DNA of 64,000 nt from an uncultured Candidatus Saccharibacteria bacterium (GCA_964361595.1 CAYIAX010000001.1:98128-162127); one strand, 5' to 3'. Numbered from the stretch's first letter, positions 35,723 to 45,613 are shown. Numbers and translations are program-made. Notes: generated from the sequence alone by a model not told the origin.

Positions 35723-36421
35723 ATGTGGATAAAAAAGCGCAAAGTCGCGGTCTTCGATATTGACGGGACGATTTTCCGGTCCAGTCTTGTGGTTGAGCTG
35801 ATTGAAAATTTGATCCGCGACGGCGTCTTTCCGGAAAAGGTGAAAAACATTTATAAGCAGGAGCTCTTGAACTGGCTCGACCGCAAAGGCGCATATGAAG
35901 ATTATATAAACGCGCTCGTTGTCGCTTTCAATAAAAACTTGCTCGGCAGACATAAAGACGAAATTCAACCGACCATCAAAAAGGTGGTGGAACTTTATGA
36001 AAACCGCGTTTATCGCTTCACGCGGGATTTGGTCAGAAAATTAAAAAGGCAGGGATACTTCATGCTTGCAATCTCGCATTCGCCGAAATACATCGTAGAG
36101 GGTTTTGCCAAGCGGATGGGCTTCGACAAGGTTTATGGCACGATGCTCGAGCTTGATGCTGAGGGCAGATTTACCGGCAAGTTGATGCATGAAGACCTGA
36201 TCTTTGATAAGGCAAAAATTCTCATGCGGGCGGCGGAGAAAGAGAATTTGACGCTTGTAAATTCAATCGGAGTGGGGGATACGGGGTCGGACGTGAAATT
36301 TCTTGAACTCGTAACAAAGCCGATCTGCTTTAATCCCAATTCCACGCTTTATAAAGTTGCTGTAGAGCGCGGCTGGCGGATCGTGGTTGAACGCAAGGAT
36401 GTGATTTATGAGGTCCAGTAA
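35723..36421 (+). CDS. HAD-superfamily hydrolase (subfamily IB-like)
   Basis: Motif I VAVFDIDGTIF, motif II S.SP, and a DTGSD-type motif IV (GVGDTGSD). Confidence 0.75.
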   Translation: MWIKKRKVAVFDIDGTIFRSSLVVELIENLIRDGVFPEKVKNIYKQELLNWLDRKGAYEDYINALVVAFNKNLLGRHKDEIQPTIKKVVELYENRVYRFTRDLVRKLKRQGYFMLAISHSPKYIVEGFAKRMGFDKVYGTMLELDAEGRFTGKLMHEDLIFDKAKILMRAAEKENLTLVNSIGVGDTGSDVKFLELVTKPICFNPNSTLYKVAVERGWRIVVERKDVIYEVQ

Positions 36422-36529
36422 ACAATGACCATGACTATTACAATGACGATGGCAGATAATACAATGATATAACAATAACTATGACGATGACGACAAGAGC
36501 TGGGACAAGAAAAATAAATATCAATAAAC

Positions 36530-37126
36530 ATGAAAAGAATTTTTGTCGGAATTAAAACTCCAGAATTACTACAGCAGAAAATTTTGGCATGGAAGACAGA
36601 TTTTTTAGACGGCCGTCCATCCTTCGCTAAAGCTACGGATGGCAAAGTGCGCTGGCTTAAAGGCAAGAATTTGCATATTACGCTAGTACCCCCTTGGTAC
36701 GAGGAAGCGGAGAAAATAGCTAGTCGCGAATTGCAAATCGAAAAAGCGGTTGCCGATTTCAAACCGTTCGAGCTGAATTTCAAAAAATTGATGTTCGGGC
36801 CGGATCCTAAAAACCCTCGCTTGATTTTGGCGGAAGGGCCGGATGGCGATTCGCCTCGCTCTAGCGAAGGCGGAGCGGGCACGTTGAAAGCGACAAGAGA
36901 CAAGATTTTAAATGAAATAGGAAAAGAACCAGAGAAACGACCTTTGAAATTGCATTTAACTGTGGCGCGTTTCCGGCCGGAAGAATTTTCCGGTTTTCCG
37001 ATCAAAAAACTCGAAGAGGAAATTGATTGGAAGCTTGCGGTCAATTCCGTAATTCTTTACGAATCCCAGCTTGCCCACGGCGGCGCGGAGTACGAGATTT
37101 TAAAAGAATTTAAGCTGCTCTTATAG
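36530..37126 (+). CDS. thpR: RNA 2',3'-cyclic phosphodiesterase (2'-5' RNA ligase ThpR/LigT, 2H phosphoesterase)
   Basis: Two H-x-T/S-x motifs: HITLVPP and HLTVARF. Confidence 0.75.
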   Translation: MKRIFVGIKTPELLQQKILAWKTDFLDGRPSFAKATDGKVRWLKGKNLHITLVPPWYEEAEKIASRELQIEKAVADFKPFELNFKKLMFGPDPKNPRLILAEGPDGDSPRSSEGGAGTLKATRDKILNEIGKEPEKRPLKLHLTVARFRPEEFSGFPIKKLEEEIDWKLAVNSVILYESQLAHGGAEYEILKEFKLLL

Positions 37127-37160
37127 GCGTAAAGTTAATTATTTTTGTAAAAGGAACTTC

Positions 37161-37200
37161 AAAATCATCCTTAAATCCTTAAGGATTTAAGGATGATTTT
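37161..37200. terminator. Perfect 40-bp palindrome AAAATCATCCTTAAATCCTTAAGGATTTAAGGATGATTTT. It is a bidirectional intrinsic terminator between thpR (+) and the cyclase (-).
   Basis: A-run, hairpin, T-run. It lies between convergent genes. Confidence 0.65.
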
Positions 37201-37457
37201 GGTGCGAGTGGCCCCGGAACGCGAGCAAGTTCGTAACGCGGATGAATAAATTTATTTTTTATGCACATATTTCAGGTGCTGTGCTATAGCACAGCACCAT
37301 GATTCATCATAGCACCGGCAAAGTGAGGTTCGCGGTGTTTGTTCGATTAAAAATCTCGAAAAAAACCTGTTGGCCGTTTTCATTTTCACCATATAACCGA
37401 ACGAGTTTACTATCCTAAATGACGATCGTAATTAGGGATAGTAAATCAGGTTATTTT

Positions 37458-39203
37458 TTAGGTTACGTTTACCGTATAAATCGTAATCGGTTCTTTTCTG
37501 CCCTTGACGGGCACAGTGCCCAGCGGTATGAATTCGTATTTGCCCTCTAATTTATTTTTGGTTGTTTCGCCGATAATGATGTTTGTCTTATATTCCTTAT
37601 TCAAACCTTCAAGGCGGGAGGCGACGTTCACGGTATCTCCGATCACCGTGTAATCAAACCTGGTCTCCGCGCCGACGTTCCCCACAATCGCCGGACCGGT
37701 ATAAAGTCCGATCCCAATATTGATTTCCGGTTTGCCCTGACTCCTAAGCTCTTCGTTCAGAGTTTTTAATTTCTTGAGCATGCCGAACGAGGCCGCAAGC
37801 GCGTGATCCGCTCCTTCCGGATCGTCAATCGGCGCTCCCCAAAAAGCCATGATCGCGTCGCCGATGAATTTATCCACAACGCCGCCATGAATCAAAACTT
37901 CTTCGGTCATCAAGGTAAAGTAGCGGTTCAAGATTTTTACCAGCTCATGCGGGGTCGTGGCTTCGGAAAGAGTGGTAAAGCCGCGGATGTCAGAGAAAAA
38001 TACGGTTATTTCTTTTTCGACGCCGCCCAACTGCACGAGCGCGGGATTTTTAAGAATTTCTTCGAGCACATCCTTCGAGACATATTTAGAAAATAATTGG
38101 CGCAGGCGGAGCTTTTCCCGGCCTTCGGAGAAGTAGCGGTAAATGATAAGCACGATAGTCGTGAGTCCCCAGGCGAACGTGAGATGGATAAAGTTCACCG
38201 CGACGCCGCGTTCAAAGAGAATTACGGCAACAACGGTTTGCGCGAGTCCGAGGATCAGATTATAGAGAATAGGGCGTAAAGAGTATTTGGACAGCCGAAA
38301 GATGAGCGCGGAGGCGAGCGCGGCGGCCAAGATCCACAAATACATCAAGCTCGAGGCGAGCGGGCGCAAGCGGTAATTCATGAGGAACATATTCGCGATG
38401 TTGGCTTGGATTTCCACGCCGGGCATCTGCGTGCCGCGCGATAAAGGCGTGGGTTTTTCATCATGCAAATCGGCGGCCGTGGAGCCGATAAAAATTATTT
38501 TGTTTTTCAAAAGCGAGCTCAAATCTTCGATCAAGACGCGCGAGAACGGTATTCGTTTGATCGCGCCAGCTTGCGCGGCAAAGACTATGCGTAGCGGCGC
38601 TTGAGGAATTTCCTGCTCAAAGCCGGCTCGGCGCACAGCTTCCAAGGCTAAAGCTAAGATGGTTGATGTGGCATTTTTCTCCGCGAGAATTACAGGCGGG
38701 AATTGCCGCACAACGCCGTCATGATCAAGGATCAGATTCACATGGCCGGTTGTGGTTTGCGGTGAATTAAATTCGGCAAGCGGTGTGAGCAAGCTGCCGG
38801 CGTAGGGGAGAGAAGAATCGAGAAGTAATGGCCTTGCGTGCGCGGGTAGAACGACCGGATAAGAAATTTTCTCTAAAGCCGAAGCCAAAGCATTGTCGTC
38901 CGCGGCGCCGAAGCGGGACTGTTCCGAAAAAATTACATCGATGCCTAATGCTTTCGGTTGATATGTTTCGAGCTTGATCAGGACATCGGCAAAAACTTTC
39001 CGCGGCCACGGCCACTGGCCAATTTTGTTGATCGAATCGGAATCAATGGCAAGAATAACAATATCTCCGTGCAGGGGCTTCGGCGAGAAAAGGAGATCTT
39101 CGAAAAAATTCTCCAGCCCCAGCCAAAGGCCGCCGGCAAACGAGACGGAGACAATTACCGCTGTAAGGATTGCCAGAACGAAAATGGCAAGAGAAGTTCT
39201 CAT
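37458..39203 (-). CDS. CHASE2 sensor-domain adenylate/guanylate cyclase
   Basis: N-terminal TM, an extracytoplasmic CHASE2 region, three TM helices, and a class III cyclase domain (VFFSDIRGFTTLSE...FIGDAIMAFWGAP...GDTVNVASRLE). Confidence 0.85.
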   Translation of the reverse strand: MRTSLAIFVLAILTAVIVSVSFAGGLWLGLENFFEDLLFSPKPLHGDIVILAIDSDSINKIGQWPWPRKVFADVLIKLETYQPKALGIDVIFSEQSRFGAADDNALASALEKISYPVVLPAHARPLLLDSSLPYAGSLLTPLAEFNSPQTTTGHVNLILDHDGVVRQFPPVILAEKNATSTILALALEAVRRAGFEQEIPQAPLRIVFAAQAGAIKRIPFSRVLIEDLSSLLKNKIIFIGSTAADLHDEKPTPLSRGTQMPGVEIQANIANMFLMNYRLRPLASSLMYLWILAAALASALIFRLSKYSLRPILYNLILGLAQTVVAVILFERGVAVNFIHLTFAWGLTTIVLIIYRYFSEGREKLRLRQLFSKYVSKDVLEEILKNPALVQLGGVEKEITVFFSDIRGFTTLSEATTPHELVKILNRYFTLMTEEVLIHGGVVDKFIGDAIMAFWGAPIDDPEGADHALAASFGMLKKLKTLNEELRSQGKPEINIGIGLYTGPAIVGNVGAETRFDYTVIGDTVNVASRLEGLNKEYKTNIIIGETTKNKLEGKYEFIPLGTVPVKGRKEPITIYTVNVT

Positions 39204-39284
39204 TGCGTACTTTTAAAAATTTGAAATTCGAATATCGAAATCCGAAACAATTTTCGAATTTCGTACTTCGTGCTTCGAATTTGT

Positions 39285-40565
39285 TTAGCCATCTTGCCCG
39301 GTCGGGGTCACAAGGTTGGCGTTAACCGAAAAAATCACGGTCTTATCGAAAAATTCTTTTCCCGTAGAGGGATCTTTCCAGGAGCCCACAATTGAACCGG
39401 AGGAAGTTCCGAACTCCGCCACGGAAGCATCCAGGCGGGCGCTAAACACCCCCGGCCTTGTAAACGAGCCGATTAATCCCACAACTTGCCAAAGAGTCCC
39501 CTCGGTAACGGTTTTTTTACTGCCGTCGCTCATCTTGACTACAGCTGTGAATGTGATCGTATCACCCTCCTTGACTCCAGTTAAGGGGTTCGCGGTCGAA
39601 ATTACAAGCGAGACCGCGGTCGGGCCAGAACCGCCGCCAGAGGTCGGGCTAATTACCTTTGTTGAGGTTGTGACTTTAACTTCGATGTTGGTGTTAACTT
39701 CAACTTGCGTACTTGTTACGGCATTTTCCGTACTTTTTTGCAGTTCCTGAAGTTTCAAAAACGGTTCATGAATTATTTTCTGCAGTTCCAAGCGCAGCTG
39801 CGGCCCGCTTAATCCTTGAGCTTCCAACTGCTTTATAAGTTCATCAAGTTTTTTGTCCTCGGCTTCGAAACGCACCACCCAGGATTCTTTAAGCAGGGAA
39901 GCAGGTGCGGCTTTTGCCGCGAAAGTAAGAGTGCCTGCGGAAACGGATGAAACATCAGCGTCTTTGAATTCCAGAACTAAACCGGGCGAAACTAACGCTT
40001 CCTTATCTTGAATTTTTTGGTCGCGCGGGTGGACGGAAACGGAATTTTGCGAGCCTAAGACAGTGGATTTTCCATTAACATAGGCGACGCCGAAGGCGGT
40101 GCCGCGCACCGTTGCCGCCACGTTCGAAGTTTTCACCTCCCATTCGGAGTCGGCGGTAACAAGCGTTAAAATCTTGGACCAGACGCGGCCGGCGCCCAAA
40201 GTAATCCGCACAATCAAACGCTCGTTTTTCCGGTCATAGGATGCTTCATCCACCGTAAGCACGGTGCCGGAATCAATTCTCGCAACGGAACCATCGGGGA
40301 AATAAAGATTTGCCAATCCCTTGGTATCGGTCGTGAGCGTAAGTTTGCCTTTGATTTCGTCCCCGGTCTTTAGCGTAGTTGTTGCACCGGAGGCATTAGT
40401 TGCAGTAACTTTATCTGCCAGCACCTCAATCCAGGGATTTGTTACGGCGCCTTCGCTTACGCCGCTTAACTGGGGGTTTTCACCTTCCTCGCCGCCCGCA
40501 AAATACAAGTAAGCTCCAATTAAGATAACTACGACCAGGAGAATAAGGCCGATGATTTTTTTCAT
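39285..40565 (-). CDS. FecR-domain membrane-anchored protein (paired with the CHASE2 cyclase)
   Basis: N-terminal TM, then a FecR-like region (...SVARIDSGTVLTV...VRITLGAGRVW...VKTSNVAATVRGTAFGV), then a Thr/Ser/Val-rich beta-rich tail. Confidence 0.65.
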   Translation of the reverse strand: MKKIIGLILLVVVILIGAYLYFAGGEEGENPQLSGVSEGAVTNPWIEVLADKVTATNASGATTTLKTGDEIKGKLTLTTDTKGLANLYFPDGSVARIDSGTVLTVDEASYDRKNERLIVRITLGAGRVWSKILTLVTADSEWEVKTSNVAATVRGTAFGVAYVNGKSTVLGSQNSVSVHPRDQKIQDKEALVSPGLVLEFKDADVSSVSAGTLTFAAKAAPASLLKESWVVRFEAEDKKLDELIKQLEAQGLSGPQLRLELQKIIHEPFLKLQELQKSTENAVTSTQVEVNTNIEVKVTTSTKVISPTSGGGSGPTAVSLVISTANPLTGVKEGDTITFTAVVKMSDGSKKTVTEGTLWQVVGLIGSFTRPGVFSARLDASVAEFGTSSGSIVGSWKDPSTGKEFFDKTVIFSVNANLVTPTGQDG

Positions 40566-40612
40566 GTTATGGTTATAATAAGCCCAAAGACCTTGGGATT
40601 TATTCTAGCACA

Positions 40613-41281
40613 ATGGAGAAGGTAATTCTCAAAACTGAAGACGGGCTCGATATCGTGGGGGACTATTACGAAGGACGCGGCAAGCGGGGAGTTTTACTTC
40701 TGCACATGATGCCCGCAAACCGCAGTTCCTGGTGGGATTTCGCTTTGCGCTTGGAGGATAAAGGCTTTCATGCCTTAGCAATCGATTTGCGCGGACACGG
40801 TGAATCTACTGGCGGACCGGATGGTTATAAAGACTTTAAAACCGAAGACCACGCTCTAGGCAAGCTTGATCTCGAAGCGGCAATTACTTTTTTAGAGGAG
40901 AAAGGAGTGGAGCGGGAAGAGTTGGGCTTAATGGGCGCTTCGATCGGCGCCAATCTTGCCCTGCGGCAGCTAAGCGAAAATAAAGATCTGCCGTGGGCGG
41001 TGCTCTTGTCGCCGGGTCTGGATTATCACGGTATAAAAACCGAACCTTATGTACGAAACTTGGATTCCGAGCAAGGTGTTTTTATCATCGCTTCCGATGT
41101 CGATGAGCTGAAGAGCGGCAACTGCGGCGCGATGGCGCGGGAATTGTACGCAGCTTTGCCGGAAGGCCTGCGCCGCAAGCTTTTAATCTACAAGAGCGCG
41201 GGCCACGGCACGGACATGTTCGCCCCGCAAAATACCGAGGAACCCAATTTGGCCGAAGAAATTTTAAAGTGGATCGACTGA
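40613..41281 (+). CDS. Alpha/beta hydrolase
   Basis: HGES and the nucleophile elbow GASIG. His is present near the C-terminus. Confidence 0.7.
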   Translation: MEKVILKTEDGLDIVGDYYEGRGKRGVLLLHMMPANRSSWWDFALRLEDKGFHALAIDLRGHGESTGGPDGYKDFKTEDHALGKLDLEAAITFLEEKGVEREELGLMGASIGANLALRQLSENKDLPWAVLLSPGLDYHGIKTEPYVRNLDSEQGVFIIASDVDELKSGNCGAMARELYAALPEGLRRKLLIYKSAGHGTDMFAPQNTEEPNLAEEILKWID

Positions 41282-41365
41282 AAATATTTGATGCCGAGAG
41301 CATTTCTTACTTTATTCTAATGTTCTTGAGAACATTAGAATAAGACCTACCATGATTTTTTATAA

Positions 41366-42022
41366 ATGAAATCTTCGTTGCCGTCCAAGCTTATCAGGGA
41401 GCGTAAACGCCGCGCCGCAATTATGAATCGCGAGCTCACGAAGCTTTTTCCGCAGGCCAAGATTGCATTAAATTTCAAAAATAACTGGGAACTTTTGGTG
41501 GCCGTGGAGCTTTCGGCTCAATGCACGGATAAAAAAGTGAACGAAGTTACGGCGCGATTGTTCAAAAAATACCGGACACTCGCTGATTATGTAAAAGCCC
41601 GTCCGGCCGAATTCGAGCGCGATATTCGCGAGACGGGATTTTTCCGCAGTAAAGCGAAAAATATTTTGCGCGCCGCAAAAATGGTGAAAACCGAATTCAA
41701 GGGCAGGCTGCCGAAAACGATGGAAGCGATGCTTGCAATCCCCGGCGTCGGCCGCAAATCCGCAAATGTGATTTTGGGCAATGCTTACGGAGTAGTGGAG
41801 GGGATTGCGGTTGACACGCACGTGCGGCGCTTGTCCCGCGTTTTTGGGCTCACTACCCACATAGACCCTGAAAAAATCGAGCGCGACCTTATGCTCATTA
41901 TTCCCAAATCCGAATGGTTCGATTTCACCTATCGTTTGATTGATTATGGCCGGAAATACTGCCCCGCGAGGCCGCATCGGCACGAGTTTTGCCCTTTGAC
42001 AAAATTTGTTAAACTAAAATAG
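41366..42022 (+). CDS. nth: Endonuclease III-like DNA glycosylase (HhH-GPD)
   Basis: Helix-hairpin-helix LPGVGRKSANVIL and a catalytic Asp in the GPD region. The C-terminal Cys cluster is reduced. The start may be the internal Met near 41423. Confidence 0.75.
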   Translation: MKSSLPSKLIRERKRRAAIMNRELTKLFPQAKIALNFKNNWELLVAVELSAQCTDKKVNEVTARLFKKYRTLADYVKARPAEFERDIRETGFFRSKAKNILRAAKMVKTEFKGRLPKTMEAMLAIPGVGRKSANVILGNAYGVVEGIAVDTHVRRLSRVFGLTTHIDPEKIERDLMLIIPKSEWFDFTYRLIDYGRKYCPARPHRHEFCPLTKFVKLK

Positions 42023-42043
42023 GAATTAAAGGTCGCAAATTTT

Positions 42044-42889
42044 ATGAGCAAAATGAAACAAATATTTGCTTTGGTTGCGGTTTTAGCCGTGCTTGTGCCT
42101 AGAGCGCCAGTTTCAGCCAGACCGCTCGTGACAGCCGATCTCGACACGCCAGGAACATCCCGTGACTTGCTTTTGCCGCCGGCGGCGGACAATTCACAGT
42201 TAATTTATCTCGGCCAAGCAGTTGATCCGGGCACGGGCGAATTGGTCGAAGGTTACGCCTTCGTGAAGCGGCCCAAGGCTGCGCCAGCTAAAGGCGGTAG
42301 CGGGAGCAAGGGTACGACCGTTTGCTATGGCTTTTTGGCCAGAGGGGCTAAATGGAAAACGATTGAGCCCTGGGTCACTAATCCAGCGAATGCCGCGGGT
42401 TTAGATGAAACTTTTGTATTCGCAAACCTAATGCAGAATATTAACAAGTGGGAAGATGGCGCGGATGGACTTGTAAACGGCAGCGGTCTTGATGTCCTTG
42501 GCGCAGGCAGTGCGACTACGGATCCGCTTCTTGGCGACACAGTTGCACCGGACGACAAAAACGAAGTTTACTTCGCTAACATCTCCGATCCGGGCGCGAT
42601 CGGCGTGACGATTGTTTGGGGCATTTTCAGCGGCCCAACCTTCAACCGCAAACTCGTGGAGTGGGATCAAATCTACGACGACCAGGATTTCGGCTGGTCG
42701 GCTTCGGGCGAAACGGGCAAAATGGATTTCGAAAACATCTCCACGCATGAATTGGGACATTCGGTCGGTTTGGCCGATCTCTACAATACATGCGTTGAAG
42801 AAACCATGTATGGCTATGCGGGAGCAGGGGAGACGAAGAAGCGTGATTTGAACGCGGGCGATCTTGCGGGAATGAATAGCTTGTACTAA
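42044..42889 (+). CDS. Secreted zinc metalloprotease (matrixin/M10-like, HExxHxxGxxH)
   Basis: Signal peptide. HELGHSVGLADLY with a Met-turn (ETMYGY). Confidence 0.75.
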   Translation: MSKMKQIFALVAVLAVLVPRAPVSARPLVTADLDTPGTSRDLLLPPAADNSQLIYLGQAVDPGTGELVEGYAFVKRPKAAPAKGGSGSKGTTVCYGFLARGAKWKTIEPWVTNPANAAGLDETFVFANLMQNINKWEDGADGLVNGSGLDVLGAGSATTDPLLGDTVAPDDKNEVYFANISDPGAIGVTIVWGIFSGPTFNRKLVEWDQIYDDQDFGWSASGETGKMDFENISTHELGHSVGLADLYNTCVEETMYGYAGAGETKKRDLNAGDLAGMNSLY

Positions 42890-42909
42890 CTTTTGGCTTC
42901 GCAGAAAAT

Positions 42910-42938
42910 TGCCCGCCGTGAGGCGGGTGATTTTTTTG
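42910..42938 (+). terminator. Rho-independent terminator. The stem CCCGCC/GGCGGG is followed by T7.
   Basis: gcccgccgtgaggcgggtgattttttt. Confidence 0.75.
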
Positions 42939-43470
42939 TTTGTACTTGTTTATAAAGTAATCCTTCGATTCGTGCGGGCAAGCAGGATGTTTTAGTCCTG
43001 ACGACGAAAACAAAAAACGCCCGCAGGTTGAACCCTTGGGCGTCGAACTAAACTAAACCCCTATGTCTCGATCGGGGAACGGTATCTGCCGGCGAGTCCG
43101 GAGCAGACGCGACACTCTTTGCCCCAGAGCTGGCGGTGGGCGTAGTGCTCGAACCCGACTGCGGCTGACTTTTCGCAAACCGGGTTTGCCCAACGCACGA
43201 ACCGTTCCCAAATCATTATCCATACCCCTGCAGATTTCAATTTCATCGGAGTGGCCTCCTGCTGCAAGGGATTAGTGTTGCTAGGTTTAGTGAAGCAGAC
43301 CTGAATGCAAAAAGTCAAGTAGAAATTGTCCAAACCTTATCCTCATGCTTTCCCCAACCCGTAACTAAATCAGCTTTCCGGCGTTTACTTTAGTGTCTGC
43401 CAAGCCCGGGCGGGGTCTCCGGAGCTGGGCATGTTAATCTAAAAATGTCGATTTTAAACAAAACAAAAAT

Positions 43471-44283
43471 ATGTCAGAAAAAGTAAAGAATTATCTGGGA
43501 GTGGCAATTATAATTGCCGTTCTCATTACGGCGTATGGAGTCGTCAAATATGTGAATGCATTTGCCAAATCGGCGGAGCCGTCGAGTTTCCGCAGTTTTA
43601 ACGTGTCCGGCGAAGGGAAAGTAGTGGCTGTCCCGGACATCGCCAGTTTTACGTTTTCCGTGGTCACGGAAGGCGGCAAGGATGTGGCAAAACTCCAGCA
43701 GGATAACGTGAGCAAGATGGACGCGATCATTGAATACGTTAAATCCAAAGGCGTGGACGCCAAGGATATTAAAACGCAGGGTTATTACGTAAACCCGCGT
43801 TATCAAAATTATTCGTGCGCTCCGGAGCCGCTCATATATTACGGCCAGGGACAAGCAGCCGCTCCGTCGCGGCCGTGCCCGCCGGCTGAAATAGTCGGCT
43901 ATACGGTTACGCAGGAAGTTTTGGTCAAAGTGCGCGATTTCGGCAAAGCCGGAGATATCTTGACCGGAGTTACCCAGAAAGGAGCCAATCAGGTGTCGGG
44001 TCTTAACTTTACGATTGATGATCGCACCAAAGTTGAGCAGGAAGCTCGCGAAGAGGCGATTGCCAAAGCCAAAAGCAAGGCAAATGATATTGCTAAAGCC
44101 GGCGGATTCCGCTTGGGCAGATTACTCGCGATTGAAGAAGGTTTTTATCCCACGCCGTACTATAGCAACTACAACACGCTTGAAGGCAAGGGCGGAGCCG
44201 ACATGGCGCCCATAGCTGCGCGAGTGGAACCCGGTTCGCAGGATGTAATTGTAACCGTGAATCTGCGGTACGAAATACAATAA
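43471..44283 (+). CDS. SIMPL-domain protein (DUF541, periplasmic/immunogenic protein family)
   Basis: N-terminal TM, then the SIMPL pattern (...SGEGKVVAVPDIA.F.F.V.TEGK.....Q.....M.AII.Y.KSKGV...DI.T..Y.V.P.Y). Confidence 0.7.
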   Translation: MSEKVKNYLGVAIIIAVLITAYGVVKYVNAFAKSAEPSSFRSFNVSGEGKVVAVPDIASFTFSVVTEGGKDVAKLQQDNVSKMDAIIEYVKSKGVDAKDIKTQGYYVNPRYQNYSCAPEPLIYYGQGQAAAPSRPCPPAEIVGYTVTQEVLVKVRDFGKAGDILTGVTQKGANQVSGLNFTIDDRTKVEQEAREEAIAKAKSKANDIAKAGGFRLGRLLAIEEGFYPTPYYSNYNTLEGKGGADMAPIAARVEPGSQDVIVTVNLRYEIQ

Positions 44284-44427
44284 GACGCAGATTAAGCGGA
44301 TTTCTACCCTCAACCTAACTCGGGGCGAGCGCAGATAAACTCGGATAATCAGACGCAGATATATGCGGATTCTAAATTAGATTCAGATCAGCGCGGACTT
44401 GAACGCGGATAAACGCAGAATGTTTGA

Positions 44428-44467
44428 CACACCACGATAATTAGCCATGGCTAATTATCGTGGTGTG
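44428..44467. promoter_or_regulatory. Perfect 40-bp palindrome ACACCACGATAATTAGCCATGGCTAATTATCGTGGTGT, 58 nt upstream of the dinB start. Candidate operator.
   Basis: The two 20-bp arms are exact reverse complements with no spacer. There is no T-run after it, so it is not a typical terminator. Confidence 0.45.
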
Positions 44468-44524
44468 AGGCCGCCACGCTGTGCCGTTCTTTCTTATATC
44501 CGCGTCGAGCTTTATTATTTGAAA

Positions 44525-45613
44525 ATGCGAATTATTGGACATCTCGACATGGACGCTTTTTTTGCTGCGGTTGAAGAGCGGGACAATCCGCGTTTCAAAG
44601 ACAAACCGCTCGTAGTGGGCGCCGATCCGCAGGATGGTAAGGGGCGCGGAGTAGTCTCCACCGCCAATTACAAAGCCAGGGAATATGGCATTCGCTCGGC
44701 CATGCCAATAACGCAGGCCTGGCGTTTGGCTAAAGAAGCCGAAGCAAAAGGGAAGCCACCGGCAATTTTTTTGGGCGTGAGCGGTGGGAAATATTCTGAA
44801 GTTTCAAGTCGCATCGTGAGCATTGTGCGTCGGCATGTTCCGGTGATTGAAGAGGCGAGCATTGATGAAATGTATTTGGATCTTAGTTTTACGAAAACAC
44901 ATGAAGCTGCTCGCAAGTTGGCGCTCAAAATTAAAGCGGAGATTTGGCGAGAAGAAAAACTCACGGCTTCTGTGGGCATCGGCCCTAATAAATTGGTTGC
45001 TAAAATCGCTTCTGACCGAGAAAAGCCGGATGGACTTACCGTAGTCGAGAAGAAAGATATTGAAGAGTTTTTAGAACTGCTGCCTCTGCGGGCCATTCCT
45101 AGTATTGGACCGAAGACGGAAATACAACTGCGCGCCCGCGGTTATCTGACCGTTAAGGATGCGAAAAAATTGAGCAAAGCACAACTTGTTCAAATGTTCC
45201 ATAGCTGGGGCGGCGATCTTTATGAGAAATTGCGCGGACAGAACGATAGTCCATTGGAAACAAATTGGATACCTAAATCTATCGGCGAGCAGGAAACATT
45301 TGCCGAGGACACTATTGATGCCGTCCAAATTTCGGCGAAAGTAAAAGAACTTGCGGAAGAAGTTTTTGAAAGATTCAGCGCCAGCCAATTCAAATCCTGG
45401 CGGACAGTGGTTTTGACTGTAAGATTTGCTGATTTTGAAACAAAAAGCCGGGCCAAAACCCTGGCTTTACCCGAGCGCACCGTGGCGGAGCTCGCGTTTG
45501 CAGCCGCCACAATACTGATGCCATTTTTGGATGCTCGCGAGAATCCGCGGCGCAAGAAGATCCGCCTCCTAGGCGTGCGGATCGAAAAATTGTCCAATGG
45601 CCGTATGCGTTGA
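44525..45613 (+). CDS. dinB: DNA polymerase IV (DinB, Y-family)
   Basis: MRIIGHLDMDAFFAAVEERDNP and SIDEMYLDL motifs. The Met at 44525 aligns with canonical DinB N-termini. The upstream ATG at 44447 lies inside the palindrome. Confidence 0.9.
   Translation: MRIIGHLDMDAFFAAVEERDNPRFKDKPLVVGADPQDGKGRGVVSTANYKAREYGIRSAMPITQAWRLAKEAEAKGKPPAIFLGVSGGKYSEVSSRIVSIVRRHVPVIEEASIDEMYLDLSFTKTHEAARKLALKIKAEIWREEKLTASVGIGPNKLVAKIASDREKPDGLTVVEKKDIEEFLELLPLRAIPSIGPKTEIQLRARGYLTVKDAKKLSKAQLVQMFHSWGGDLYEKLRGQNDSPLETNWIPKSIGEQETFAEDTIDAVQISAKVKELAEEVFERFSASQFKSWRTVVLTVRFADFETKSRAKTLALPERTVAELAFAAATILMPFLDARENPRRKKIRLLGVRIEKLSNGRMR

Noticed and set aside
35489-35968. 159-aa minus-strand ORF spanning the tgt-HAD spacer and the HAD gene start
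   Set aside because: It overlaps a well-supported HAD hydrolase start in antisense. The spacer part is better explained as a structured non-coding region.
36406-37044. 212-aa minus-strand ORF overlapping thpR
   Set aside because: It lies fully inside the thpR gene (two HxT motifs) on the opposite strand, and its composition is Ser-rich and low-complexity.
44447-44524. ORF-track start of dinB at 44447 (MANYRGV...)
   Set aside because: That ATG lies in the centre of the 40-bp palindrome. Canonical DinB N-termini align with the Met at 44525 (MRIIGHLDMDAFF).
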